Positions 1-9,504 of a DNA stretch of 64,000 nt are shown piece after piece. Position 1 is the first letter of the stretch, and each line of letters starts with the position of its first letter. This DNA comes from Planctomycetota bacterium (GTDB lineage Bacteria > Planctomycetota > UBA1135 > UBA2386), in assembly GCA_965223545.1 (NCBI GenBank), contig OZ245006.1, positions 2,816,001-2,880,000 on the forward strand. Direction: 5' to 3'. Both the position numbers and the translations under genes were made by a program. The notes under the pieces are model-generated. The model saw only the letters and a list, made by a program, of their open reading frames with translations, was not told the origin of the DNA and made no database searches.

Positions 1-671
1 TCGGCGGCGGTCATCGCCATCTGAATCGTCTCCAGATCGCGCAGCTCACCGATCAGGATCACGTCGGGATCCTGGCGCAGCGCACGCCGCAGGGCCTGGG
101 AGAACGTCGGCGAGTCCTGCCCGATCTGCCGCTGGGTGATGTAGCAGCGCTTGTCGCGATGGATGAACTCGAGCGGGTCCTCCATCGTGATGACGTGGCC
201 CTCGCGGTTGGTGTTGATGTAGTCGATCATCGACGCGAGCGTCGTCGACTTGCCGCTGCCCGTCGGGCCCGTGACCAGCACGATGCCGCGCGGGCGGTCG
301 GCCATGCGCCGGCACACCTCGGGCATGCCCAGCTGGTGCATCGACGGGATCACGTCGGGGATGTAGCGCACCACCATGCCCATGGTGCCGCGCTGCGAGA
401 GCACGTTGATGCGGAAGCGGGCGCCGTCCTTGAGCGAGTAGGAGAAGTCGAGATCCTTGTCCTCCTCGAAGGCCTTGCGCTGGCGCGGCGTCATGATGCT
501 GTAGGCCAGCTCCTTGACCTGCTCCGGTGCGAGACGCGGCATGTTCTCGCCGGGGCGCAACTCGCCATCCACCCGAAACCCCGGCGGCGACAACGCCTTG
601 AGGTGCAAGTCCGACGCCTCCAGCTCGCGCATCTGCTGGAGCAACTGCTGCATGACCCCGTCCATTCCCAC
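1..671 (-). CDS. pilT: Type IV pilus twitching-motility ATPase PilT/PilU family (partial, runs off the left edge)
   Basis: Manual translation of the minus strand: MQQLLQQMRELEASDLHLK...RFRINV...GPTGSGKSTT (Walker A)...TMEDPLEF (Asp box)...ALRQDPDVILIGELRD (Walker B). GTG at 671 (alternative ATG 665) with AGGAGG upstream. Absent from the ORF track because there is no stop in the window. Confidence 0.93.
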   Translation of the reverse strand, partial: MGMDGVMQQLLQQMRELEASDLHLKALSPPGFRVDGELRPGENMPRLAPEQVKELAYSIMTPRQRKAFEEDKDLDFSYSLKDGARFRINVLSQRGTMGMVVRYIPDVIPSMHQLGMPEVCRRMADRPRGIVLVTGPTGSGKSTTLASMIDYINTNREGHVITMEDPLEFIHRDKRCYITQRQIGQDSPTFSQALRRALRQDPDVILIGELRDLETIQMAMTAA

Positions 672-829
672 CGCTGCTTCCTCCTGCTTTCCCAACCCAG
701 ACTTCGGCTCGCTACCGGCGTCGGGTTGACCCCAGCCGGCGACACTCCGCCGCAGCGGTCGGTTCCCTCGATGCCACCGGCAGTCCAGCCCGGCAGCCGG
801 CCGCGACCTCAGCACGACCGTCGGGTCGA

Positions 830-1993
830 TCAGTGGGCGCGGGCGCGGCGCGGGCGCAGCGCCGCCAGCAGCGCGTCGCCGTACAGCTCGACCCGCCACG
901 GCTCGATCGCGCCGGCCTCCGCCAGCTCTTCGACGGTGGTCGGCACCGGATCCAAGCGGGCCAGCCTCTGCATCGCGGCGCGGCTCATCACCAGCGACGC
1001 GTCGGTGGAGCGCTGCTGCGCGATGCCCTTCCGCCACGCGCGCAGGGCGTCGTAGACGTCGCGCTGCGCGCCGTGCAGCACCTCGCCCGGGTCGACCTTG
1101 GCCCGCGGCCGCCGGTTCAGCGGGCCCTTGCGCTCGGCGGCGCGCACCACGCGGACGATCTTCTCCGCGTAGCGGCGGGACAGCTTTTCGGGCACTCCAC
1201 GCACCGCCGCGACCGCGGCCCGCGACGATGGACGCGCCCGGGCCAACCGCAGCAGCATGTCGTTGGTCAACACCTTGAACGCCGGCACGTCGCGCTCGTC
1301 CGCGATCTCGTGCCGCATCACGAACAGACCCTGCAACACCCGTTGGGCGCGCGGGTCCAACCCATCCCAACCCTTGATGCGGATGAAGTCGCTGGCATCG
1401 AACGGGCGCGGCTCCGGCACCAGCTCGCACAGCCGCTTGCACTCGGCAGCGACCTCCAAGACGGCCGGCGCGCCGGCCTCCGCCAGCCGCCGGCGCAGAT
1501 CCGTCGCGATCCGCAACAAGTAGCGCGTGTCGCACGCCGCGTAGTCGAGCTGATCCTCGGACAGGGGCCGCTGCCCCCAGTTGCTGCGCTGGAAACGCTT
1601 GTCGAGTTCGACGCCGAACTGGTCGGCCAACATCGACGCCAAACCGAGCCTGGTCTCACCGAGCGCCGACGCCGCCACCTTGGTGTCGAACAGCGATGCG
1701 ATCTCGAACGCGTGCGTTCGCTTGAGCATGAGGACGTCGAACTCGGCGTCGTGCAGCACCTTGACGACCCCGGGGTTGGCCAGCACGCCGTGCAGCAGCC
1801 GCAGGTCGACGCCGGCGAGCGGATCGATGATGTAGTCCCGGCGCACGGTGCTGATCTGCACCAGACAGAGGCGCTCGCGGTAGGCGAACAGTGGGTTCGA
1901 CTCGGTGTCTACGGCGATCGCGGTTTGCGTCGCCAAGCGTTGGACGAGCTTGGCGAGTGCCTTGTCGGTGTCGATGTAGACGGGAGCGGTCAA
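830..1993 (-). CDS. rnd: Ribonuclease D (DEDDy 3'-5' exonuclease with HRDC domains)
   Basis: Motifs AVDTE, LCLVQIS, HDAEFD, LFDTKVA, SNWGQRPLSEDQLDYAACD, then two HRDC-like segments (RHEIADERDVPAFKVL; WRKGIAQQRSTDASLVM). Confidence 0.92.
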   Translation of the reverse strand: MTAPVYIDTDKALAKLVQRLATQTAIAVDTESNPLFAYRERLCLVQISTVRRDYIIDPLAGVDLRLLHGVLANPGVVKVLHDAEFDVLMLKRTHAFEIASLFDTKVAASALGETRLGLASMLADQFGVELDKRFQRSNWGQRPLSEDQLDYAACDTRYLLRIATDLRRRLAEAGAPAVLEVAAECKRLCELVPEPRPFDASDFIRIKGWDGLDPRAQRVLQGLFVMRHEIADERDVPAFKVLTNDMLLRLARARPSSRAAVAAVRGVPEKLSRRYAEKIVRVVRAAERKGPLNRRPRAKVDPGEVLHGAQRDVYDALRAWRKGIAQQRSTDASLVMSRAAMQRLARLDPVPTTVEELAEAGAIEPWRVELYGDALLAALRPRRARAH

Positions 1994-2108
1994 ATCGCGG
2001 ATCGATCGGTCGTCACTCGAGCCCGAGCGTAGCGCCGAATCCCGCGATCCCCGGGCAGAAATCGTCGCCGAGTTGTCGCGAGCGGTGCGCCGGAAACGCG
2101 CCGAGCGG

Positions 2109-2561
2109 CTACTCGCCGAGCGCCGTCTCGGGCGGGTCGGTCAGGATCAGCCGCTCACCGCTGCGGAGCAGACCGCTCTCCCGCCCACACTCGCGCAACA
2201 GCCGCAACAACGCGCGGTCGTCGATCCGCTCGACCCGCGGCGGTTGCGCGATTACGCGACACCGCGCCAGGACGCGGGGGTCGTCGCGAACGATGCCGAT
2301 CCTCAGCGGTTCTGCCGTGCCGGCTACGGTGCGCTCGACGGCCGGCCCGAGGTCGAGATCGGGTGCGGGCGGACTCCACCACACGGCCAGCAAGACCAAC
2401 GGCAGGGTGGCCAGCGACGCCCGTGCGAGGCGCCGGCGACGCCGACGCCGGCGCAAGACAGAGACACCGCGACCGAGGACACCCGGGGCCGCCGGCGCGG
2501 TGCCAGCGGCCGCACCGTCGTCCGCCCCGTGCGACCCGAACCATTCGGAGAAACCGCTCAT
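2109..2561 (-). CDS. Putative membrane anti-sigma factor
   Basis: ATG at 2561 overlaps the sigma-factor stop (TGATG). Basic run RRRRRRRR followed by one TM helix (LATLPLVLLAVWW). Position directly downstream of an ECF sigma. Confidence 0.6.
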   Translation of the reverse strand: MSGFSEWFGSHGADDGAAAGTAPAAPGVLGRGVSVLRRRRRRRRLARASLATLPLVLLAVWWSPPAPDLDLGPAVERTVAGTAEPLRIGIVRDDPRVLARCRVIAQPPRVERIDDRALLRLLRECGRESGLLRSGERLILTDPPETALGE

Positions 2562-3172
2562 CAGAACACCTCCTGTGCCGCGGCGCGCAGCCGTTGGACC
2601 ACGCGCCAGATGCGGCCATGCGCTGCGTGGCCGCTGATCCCGAGCGCCGCGCCACACGCCGCCAGGGTTTCACCATCTCCGTATCGCGCGTCCAGCAGCC
2701 GCCGGTCGTCGGCCGACAGCTCCGCCAGCCGCTCCCGCAGCCATTGTTGCTGTTCGCGATCGAGGACCGCGCCCAGGACCTCCGCAGCGCCGTCGTGCTC
2801 GCCGACCGCGGCGTCGCGTTCGCGCCGGCGCCGGCGCTGCTCACCGCGGAGCTGGTCCAACGCCTTGCGCACGGCCGTGTTGGCCATCCACGCTTCCACC
2901 GCCGCCTCCGAACGAAGACCGCGGATCGACCGCGCGACCGCGACCAACACATCCTGCGCGACGTCGCGGCAGAACGCGTCATCGCGGCGCGTGAACGACC
3001 GCAGCAGGCGGCAGACCCGCGCGAACCACGCATCGTAGAACCGCGCGAACGCGGCCTCGTCGCCGCGCGCGATCGCGGCGGTCAACGGCCACGTCTCGAC
3101 CGCTCCAGGAGGACGCACGGCGACCGCCACGCCAGCGGCGACGCTTTCGTCGGTTGACTGCGCTGCGTCCAC
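2561..3172 (-). CDS. ECF RNA polymerase sigma-70 factor
   Basis: Region 2 (GDEAAFARFYDAW...DVAQDVLV...AWMANTAVRKALDQLR) and region 4 HTH (LAELSADDRRLLDARYGDGETLAACGAALG). Likely GTG start at 3172; the track ORF is 5'-overextended. Confidence 0.9.
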   Translation of the reverse strand: MDAAQSTDESVAAGVAVAVRPPGAVETWPLTAAIARGDEAAFARFYDAWFARVCRLLRSFTRRDDAFCRDVAQDVLVAVARSIRGLRSEAAVEAWMANTAVRKALDQLRGEQRRRRRERDAAVGEHDGAAEVLGAVLDREQQQWLRERLAELSADDRRLLDARYGDGETLAACGAALGISGHAAHGRIWRVVQRLRAAAQEVF

Positions 3173-3197
3173 GCGAGCGGCCTCGAGCCTCGGTGAC

Positions 3198-3935
3198 CTA
3201 CTTGGCCGCGGACTTCTCCGCCCCCGACTTCTCCGCCCCGGCCGAACCGCGTCGCTCGTTGCGCATCCGTCCGTACACATCCTGCTCCATCTGGTGCAGC
3301 ACGCGGGACACGTAGTCGATCTGCCGATCACCTCCGCGCACGAACAGCAACCCCGAGTCCTCGTGGTAGTGCAGCGTCGGATCGCTCTCCCCACCGGCGA
3401 CGGCGAGCACGGTCTCGATCGCGGTGAGCACGGTCTGCGCCGGCTTCGCGGCGGCACCCGCCTCGGTGATCGACTGCAGACTGAAGATGGCGACGCTCGC
3501 CGGCACTTCATGCTGCGGTTGTTCCTGCTGGTCGACGTTCGGGCTGATCCGCACTCCGAGCGCGTGCACCGGCTTGGCGATCGAGCGCTGGTCGCGGATC
3601 ACCCGGGCACTGACTCGGTAGTCGGGGTCGAGAATCGAGTCCAACGCCTCGAGAGCGGCCTGCACGGTGGCGTCCTCGAGCTCGAGGCGTGGCACCGGCA
3701 CGCGGTGCGCACTCTCCGGGTAGACGATGTTGGCGCCGCTCGCGGCGCGAAGACGAGCGACGAACTCGACCAGGGTGCCGCCGTCGAACTCGACGGTGAC
3801 GGTCTCGGCCCGCGGTGGCGCGTCCTGCTGTGCACGGGCCGCACCGGCGGTGACCAGCGGTGTGCAGAAGGACAACAGCGAGATGACGGCGATCGGCGCC
3901 AGCCGGCGCTGCGTTGAGTGGTGCGAGTGGGTCAT
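3198..3935 (-). CDS. Secreted protein with STN/secretin N-terminal-like domains, no secretin barrel
   Basis: Signal peptide ending ARA-QQ. VEFDGGTLVEFV...NIVY...LELEDATVQAALEAL is STN-like; LHYHEDSGLLFVRGGDRQIDYVSRVLHQM is Secretin_N-like. Confidence 0.6.
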   Translation of the reverse strand: MTHSHHSTQRRLAPIAVISLLSFCTPLVTAGAARAQQDAPPRAETVTVEFDGGTLVEFVARLRAASGANIVYPESAHRVPVPRLELEDATVQAALEALDSILDPDYRVSARVIRDQRSIAKPVHALGVRISPNVDQQEQPQHEVPASVAIFSLQSITEAGAAAKPAQTVLTAIETVLAVAGGESDPTLHYHEDSGLLFVRGGDRQIDYVSRVLHQMEQDVYGRMRNERRGSAGAEKSGAEKSAAK

Positions 3936-4119
3936 TGTGGTTTCGTGTTCGGTTTTGGTTCCGAGCGTCAGACGCCACCGCGCCGCGATCTCGTCGGCGC
4001 GAACCTGAAATTTCCCGGTCGAGCTGTTACTCTCGCTGCCAGCGGTTGGGGCGAGGCGCGCATCGGTCAGGCGCATCGCCCGCGACGGCGATCGCTCTGT
4101 CCCACGATCCACGCCTTTC

Positions 4120-4356
4120 ATGTCCCCACTCGACGACCAGCTCTCCACCTACGCGCGCTGTGCTCCCCGTCTCCTGCGGGAGGGACACCGGGGCAAGTGG
4201 GTCTTGATCTACCACGACACTGTCGCCGGCATCTTCGAGTCGCGCGATCAGGGTCTGGTCGACGGCTACAAGCGCTTCGGCAACGTGCCGTTCTTGGTGC
4301 GCGAAGTCGCCGAGCGCCGCCGGCCGGTGCTGGCGCGGCCCGTCTGCGCGTCCTGA
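4120..4356 (+). CDS. Small protein, DUF5678-like
   Basis: 78 aa with pattern GKWVLIYHDTVAGIFES...GYKRFGNVPFLVREV; 10 nt upstream of an aspartic protease gene. Confidence 0.7.
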   Translation: MSPLDDQLSTYARCAPRLLREGHRGKWVLIYHDTVAGIFESRDQGLVDGYKRFGNVPFLVREVAERRRPVLARPVCAS

Positions 4357-4366
4357 GGCCCAACAC

Positions 4367-4792
4367 ATGCCCGTCTTGCGGGGCTCTCTCCGCCCGCAGG
4401 GCGCGATCGCGCCGGTCACCCTCGGCCCGTCGCAGCTGGCCGTCGAGAGCGGCGCTTCCAGCCCCCGCCCAGGCGTGCGGGTGCCGGCGCTGTTCGACAC
4501 CGGCGCCGACATCACGGTCATCCACCCGGGGCTCGCCGAGCGCATCGGGATTTTTCCGCACGACCGTATCGAAGTCGCCGGCATGCACGACTCCATCGAG
4601 ACCTGCAACGTCTTCGACGTCAACCTCGCGCTCGAAGAGTGTGGGCTGGTCATGCCCAACCTCACCGTCGTGGAGAGCCGCGTCCTCGGCGCACCGAACA
4701 TCCAGGTGCTGATCGGCCGCTCGGTGCTGTGGAAGGGGGTGCTGGTGTACGACGGCATCCACCAGACATTCTCGTTCGAAGTGCCCGGCTGA
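4367..4792 (+). CDS. Retropepsin-like (clan AA) aspartic protease
   Basis: ALFDTGADITVI catalytic motif and C-terminal VLIGRSVL motif; single-lobe size of 141 aa. Confidence 0.88.
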   Translation: MPVLRGSLRPQGAIAPVTLGPSQLAVESGASSPRPGVRVPALFDTGADITVIHPGLAERIGIFPHDRIEVAGMHDSIETCNVFDVNLALEECGLVMPNLTVVESRVLGAPNIQVLIGRSVLWKGVLVYDGIHQTFSFEVPG

Positions 4793-4842
4793 CGACCTGC
4801 GCTCTGGCGCAACGCCCAGGGGCGTGCCACACTCGGTCGACC

Positions 4843-5262
4843 GTGCACGAGTCCGACCCGCCGCCGTTGCCCCCCTTCGACCGGATCGGCGAGGAGGGCG
4901 TGCACCGGCTGGTCGCCGGCTTCTACGCGCGCGTGCGCGCCGACGCGCTCTTGGCCCCCTTGTACCCCGAGCAGGACTGGGAAGGCGCCGAGCGGCGGCT
5001 GCGCGATTTCCTGGTCTATCGCTTCGGCGGCCCACCGCGCTATCTCGAACACCGCGGGCACCCCCGGCTGCGGATGCGGCACGCCCCGTTCGCGATCGAC
5101 CGCGCCGCGCGCGACCGGTGGATGCAGCTGATGGCAGCGTCGCTGGCGGAATCGGGGCTCGCCGCCGACGACTGCGCGCGGATCGAGGCGTTTCTCGGGG
5201 ACGTCGCGACCTTCTTGATCAACCGAGACGCGCCGGCGCCGCCCGACCGCACGGCGCCATGA
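4843..5262 (+). CDS. Group II truncated hemoglobin (trHbO-like)
   Basis: IGEEGVHRLVAGFYARV...FLVYRFGGPPRYLEHRGHPRLRMRHAPFAIDRAARDRW; GTG start at 4843. Confidence 0.92.
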   Translation: MHESDPPPLPPFDRIGEEGVHRLVAGFYARVRADALLAPLYPEQDWEGAERRLRDFLVYRFGGPPRYLEHRGHPRLRMRHAPFAIDRAARDRWMQLMAASLAESGLAADDCARIEAFLGDVATFLINRDAPAPPDRTAP

Positions 5263-7034
5263 CCTCGCTGGCCCGCGCCGACCATCCGGCCGCTCCCGGC
5301 CGGCGCCGGTGGCGCGCTCGCCTCGCCGCCGTGCTGCTCGGCACGGCACTCGCCCTGTTGACGCTCGAGGTGGTGATGCAGTGCATCGCCTACGGCCACT
5401 GGCGGACCGGACGAGCAGCGCTAAACGACCTCGACCCGCGCCGGCCGGTGGTGCTGTGCCTCGGCGACTCGTTCACCTACGGACTCGGGGCTTCGGCGCC
5501 CAACCGCAGCTACCCCGAGCAGCTCGCCGATCGCCTCGACGAGCGCGTGCCGGGACACTGGCAGGTCGTCAACCGCGGCTGGCCGGGCGCCGACACCGGC
5601 CGCATCCTGGCAGAGCTCGACCACCAGCTGAGCAGCCTGCAGCCGCGGCTGGTCTACCTGATGATCGGCTACAACAACCGGCGCGCGGCGGCGCGGGAGC
5701 CGGGCGACGAAGCACCGCTCGCGCAGTCGCCGTCGCCGCCGCGCTTCGAGTGGCGTTGGCGGACGATGGAACTGCTCGAGCGGATCCGGTTCGCGTTCGA
5801 CGCCGATGGCCGCGCGGTGCGCGAAGCCGCGGGCCGACACCCCTTGCAGGTGACCGGCCGTTGGCACGCGGGCCCCTTCGACGTGCGCTTCGAACCGGAT
5901 GGCGCGGCGCACATCGGCGGACTCGAATGCCGCTGGGAGGCGGTGGGCGACACCCTGATCTTCGACCTGAACAACGGTGAGCGCCGAAAGGCGCGGTGGC
6001 GGCACGAAAGCGCCGGTCTCGAGCTGCACGCGGACTGGTTCGCGCGCAGTCCAATCTTGCTCCAGCCCGGCGGCGCCGACCCGGGGCCGCTCGAAGGAGC
6101 CCGCGCCGCGCTCGCCGCGGGCGACCTCGGTCGCGCCCGCGCCCTCCGCGAGAAGGTCACCGCACCGGCGGCACGCCTCGGGCTGACCGCCGAGCTCGCC
6201 GCCGCGGAGGAGTCCACCACGGGAGTCGACGCGGCCCTGGATCAGCTGCGCGCGCTGGCTGCCGGCGACGTCGCCGCAGCCCACGAGCTGATCCGCACCG
6301 CGCTGGCGATCGGCCGCCCCGACGTCGCCCTCGCCGCCGCGCGCGCTCGACTGCGCGTGGAGCCGCGCGACGGCTTCGTGTGGCAGGCGGTGCTCGATGC
6401 CACCGGCAGCGGCATCGAACCCGGAGAGACGATCGCCCTGGTCGACCGCGCGCTGCGCGCCACGGCACAAGATGCCGCATGGCAGTGGAAGCTGTACGCC
6501 ACGCGCGCCGGACTGCGGGAGCGGCAAGGCAAGGACATGGTCGGCGCCCTCACCGACGCGATCCGCAGCGCTCTCTTGCACGGCGCGCACACCAGCATCG
6601 CCAGTGACATGCTGGCGCGCATTCCCGCCCGCTACCGAGAGCACCTGGTCGCCGACGCGATCGGCCGTCTCGCACCGACCGCCGACCAACGCACGCTCAT
6701 CGCGCAGATCGTCGAAACGGCGACGCAGCAGACGACGACGGCGCAAGGCACCCTCGCGCGCGAGCTGCACACCATCGTCCAGCGCTGCCGAGAGCGCGCG
6801 ACGACCCTGGTGTTGCTCACCTATCCCGAGGACTCGGTCGCCAGCTTCTCGGTTCGAGACGTGGCGGCCGCGACCGCCACTCCGCTGCTCGAGCTACCGA
6901 CGGCGTTCGCGGCGGCAGCCCGCGACGGCGGCCGCCAACGGCTGTTTGCCATCGATGGCCACTGCAACGACCGTGGCTACGCATTGATCGCGACCGTAGT
7001 CGCCGATGACGTGCTCCGGCGCGCGCCGCGCTGA
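5259..7034 (+). CDS. Membrane-anchored SGNH/GDSL hydrolase with large beta + TPR-like insertion
   Basis: N-terminal TM; LCLGDSFTYG (block I), NRGWPG (II), MIGYNN (III), C-terminal IDGHCNDRGY (V). Start overlaps the globin stop (ATGA). Confidence 0.82.
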   Translation: MTSLARADHPAAPGRRRWRARLAAVLLGTALALLTLEVVMQCIAYGHWRTGRAALNDLDPRRPVVLCLGDSFTYGLGASAPNRSYPEQLADRLDERVPGHWQVVNRGWPGADTGRILAELDHQLSSLQPRLVYLMIGYNNRRAAAREPGDEAPLAQSPSPPRFEWRWRTMELLERIRFAFDADGRAVREAAGRHPLQVTGRWHAGPFDVRFEPDGAAHIGGLECRWEAVGDTLIFDLNNGERRKARWRHESAGLELHADWFARSPILLQPGGADPGPLEGARAALAAGDLGRARALREKVTAPAARLGLTAELAAAEESTTGVDAALDQLRALAAGDVAAAHELIRTALAIGRPDVALAAARARLRVEPRDGFVWQAVLDATGSGIEPGETIALVDRALRATAQDAAWQWKLYATRAGLRERQGKDMVGALTDAIRSALLHGAHTSIASDMLARIPARYREHLVADAIGRLAPTADQRTLIAQIVETATQQTTTAQGTLARELHTIVQRCRERATTLVLLTYPEDSVASFSVRDVAAATATPLLELPTAFAAAARDGGRQRLFAIDGHCNDRGYALIATVVADDVLRRAPR

Positions 7035-7103
7035 CGAGCGGCCTGGTCGAGAAATCACGACCGGCGCCGGGAACACGACCGGCGCGGCGGCGTTCGAGAA
7101 TGC

Positions 7104-8468
7104 ATGACGCCCACCAGGACCATCACCACCGCCGTTGTCATCGCCTTGTTCGGCTGCAGCCGCTCGCCCGACGGACCACCACCGCCGCAGGTCACGACTC
7201 TGGACGAGCGACTGCGCGCGCTGTGTGGAGAGCCGATCCAAGACGGTGAGAGCGGGGCGTGGACGGTCCGCCGTCTCGACCGCGCCGGCGGACGCACCCG
7301 TGTGTCGGGGCGGGCTCTCTCGGCCAAGGGCGAGCGGTCCGCGGTGGCCGACGGCTTCGCCCCCGAGGCGCCGGCGTCGATGACGGCGACCGCGGCCCCG
7401 GCAGCACCCCCGCTGCGCGCCGGCGCGACCGACGATCACGCCGACCACCGGGCGTTCGCAGAGTACCTCGCCGAGAGCTTCGCCAAGCTCGGCGAAGCAG
7501 TGCACGAGCTCGACGTGGCGGAGCGGCGTTGGATCCACGTCGTCGGCAGCCAGGGCGCCCCCCTGCCCGGAGCGCGGGTCCGGCTCGTCGACTTGCAGAA
7601 CGACACCCTGGTGTGGAGCGGCACGTCGATGGGAGACGGACGGCTGCCGTTCTACCCCGGCGTCGCCGGGGTCGCCGCGAGTGCCGAGCTCCTGGTCGAG
7701 GCCGAGGCGGCGGGTGCGAGCGTGCGGCAGAGCTGGAAGCTGAGCGAGACGACCTGCCGGGTCCAGCTCGACACGTCGTACTCCGCGCCCGAGGAAGTCG
7801 CTCTCGACGTCGTGTTCTTGATCGATACGACCGGCTCGATGGGTGACGAGATCCAGCGCATCAAGGACACCCTGAGCGGAGTCACCGACCGGCTGCAGAG
7901 CCTCTCGCGCGAGTCCGCTCTGCGCTACGGTGCCGTCCTCTACCGCGATGTCGGCGACGACTACGTCACCAAGCAGCACGCCTTCACGGCGGACCTCGAC
8001 GCGTTCGCCGGCGCGCTGCAAGAGATCGAGGCCAACGGAGGCGGCGACGGACCCGAGTCGCTCAACCAGGGGCTGGCGGTCGCCATCGACCGCATGCAAT
8101 GGCGGGCCAACGCCGCCAAGCTCGTCTTCTTGATCGCCGACGCGCCGCCGCACATGGACTACGCCGGCGACGTTCCGTACGGAGACAGCCTCGTGCGGGC
8201 GATCGAGCGCGGCGTGCGCATTCACGCCGTCGCCGCCAGCGGGCTCGATGCAGCGGGCAGCTGCGCCTTCCGCCAGATCGCGCACTTCACCCGCGGCAAG
8301 TTCATCTTCATCGAGTACGGCGGCGACGTGGCGGCCTCCGCCGCGGCGCACGGGGTTTCCAGCGCATCGGCCGCCAACAACCTCGACGCCATCCTGTTCG
8401 CGCAGATTCGCGACGAGATCGCGGGCTGGGGCCGGGCGCGGTCCGGCGAACAAGTCAGCATTCGCTGA
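7104..8468 (+). CDS. vWA-domain lipoprotein
   Basis: Lipobox-like LFGC; LDVVFLIDTTGSMGDEI (MIDAS), GGGDGPES, FLIADAPPH. Confidence 0.85.
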   Translation: MTPTRTITTAVVIALFGCSRSPDGPPPPQVTTLDERLRALCGEPIQDGESGAWTVRRLDRAGGRTRVSGRALSAKGERSAVADGFAPEAPASMTATAAPAAPPLRAGATDDHADHRAFAEYLAESFAKLGEAVHELDVAERRWIHVVGSQGAPLPGARVRLVDLQNDTLVWSGTSMGDGRLPFYPGVAGVAASAELLVEAEAAGASVRQSWKLSETTCRVQLDTSYSAPEEVALDVVFLIDTTGSMGDEIQRIKDTLSGVTDRLQSLSRESALRYGAVLYRDVGDDYVTKQHAFTADLDAFAGALQEIEANGGGDGPESLNQGLAVAIDRMQWRANAAKLVFLIADAPPHMDYAGDVPYGDSLVRAIERGVRIHAVAASGLDAAGSCAFRQIAHFTRGKFIFIEYGGDVAASAAAHGVSSASAANNLDAILFAQIRDEIAGWGRARSGEQVSIR

Positions 8469-8511
8469 CCTGCGTTTGGACCGGCAGCCAAGGGCGCGCG
8501 ATGATGCGCCG

Positions 8512-9486
8512 ATGATCGTCCCGCGCCATTGGGCGGAGGCGCGACTCCGACACCGCGACGCACACCGCCAGGTCACCGTCCGCCGCCTGGGGTGGTCGAA
8601 CGAGAGTGTCGAAGCCGCGGAAGCCCACGCCCGAGAACGGGCGCAGACCGCCCTGACGGCGATCCTGGCCGGACAAGACCTACCGCGGCGCGAGGCGGCC
8701 GTCGCCTACAACGGCGCCGAGGGCGTGCCGATCCGCGAGGAGATCGTCGCCGAACACGGCGAGGTGGTCCTCTCCCGCAATAGCTATGGAGCGGTGTGCC
8801 TCAACGTGCCCGACGTCTTGTTCGCCGACATCGACTACGCGCCGGTCGACCCGCCGTGGGGATTGGCGGCGACGGCGTGGATCGTCTTCGCCGCGGTGAT
8901 GCTGCAAGTCGAGCCCGAAGCGCGCGCCAGCTCCGCACCGGTCCTGTTCCTGCTGGGAGCGGCCGCGGTCGCGGCAACGCTGTGGCTGGCCTACCGCTTG
9001 GCGCGCGCACGACCGCGTGGCCTCGAGCGCCGCGCGCGCGAACGAGTGCGACGCTATGCCGAGAGCGAGGGCTGGCGGGTGCGCGTCTACCGCACGCCGG
9101 CAGGCCTGCGGCTGTTGGCGATGCACCGGCGGTTCGACCCGACCAGCACCGAGGTCGCCGCCGCGTTCGCCGCCATGGACGTCGACCCCGTCTACGCCCG
9201 GATGTGCACCCGGCAGCGCTGCTTCCGCGCGCGCCTCACCCCCAAGCCCTGGCGCGCGGGAATCCGCGCGCACATCCGGCCGCGTTCCGGCCGTTGGCCA
9301 GTACCCGAGACGCATCGGGCGGCGCGCCAACGGTGGATCGCGGCCTACGAGGAGGCGTCGCGGAAGTTCGCTTCCTGTCGATACCTGGAGACCCTCGGCG
9401 CCGGCGCGGCCGACCCGATGTGCGAGGACGTGCGAGTGCTGCACGACGCGCTCTGTGGCGCCGAGAAGGATCTGCCGCTGGCCTGA
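8512..9486 (+). CDS. Conserved-looking hypothetical membrane protein
   Basis: ATG at 8512; RNSYGAVCLN...LFADID, two TM helices, RVYRTPAGLRL, QRCFRARLTPKPWR. Function unknown. Confidence 0.75.
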   Translation: MIVPRHWAEARLRHRDAHRQVTVRRLGWSNESVEAAEAHARERAQTALTAILAGQDLPRREAAVAYNGAEGVPIREEIVAEHGEVVLSRNSYGAVCLNVPDVLFADIDYAPVDPPWGLAATAWIVFAAVMLQVEPEARASSAPVLFLLGAAAVAATLWLAYRLARARPRGLERRARERVRRYAESEGWRVRVYRTPAGLRLLAMHRRFDPTSTEVAAAFAAMDVDPVYARMCTRQRCFRARLTPKPWRAGIRAHIRPRSGRWPVPETHRAARQRWIAAYEEASRKFASCRYLETLGAGAADPMCEDVRVLHDALCGAEKDLPLA

Positions 9487-9504
9487 CGCGCAGGAGATGC
9501 TGTC

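Noticed and set aside
159..1055. 298-aa plus-strand ORF
   Set aside because: Antisense shadow of pilT and rnd; no motifs.
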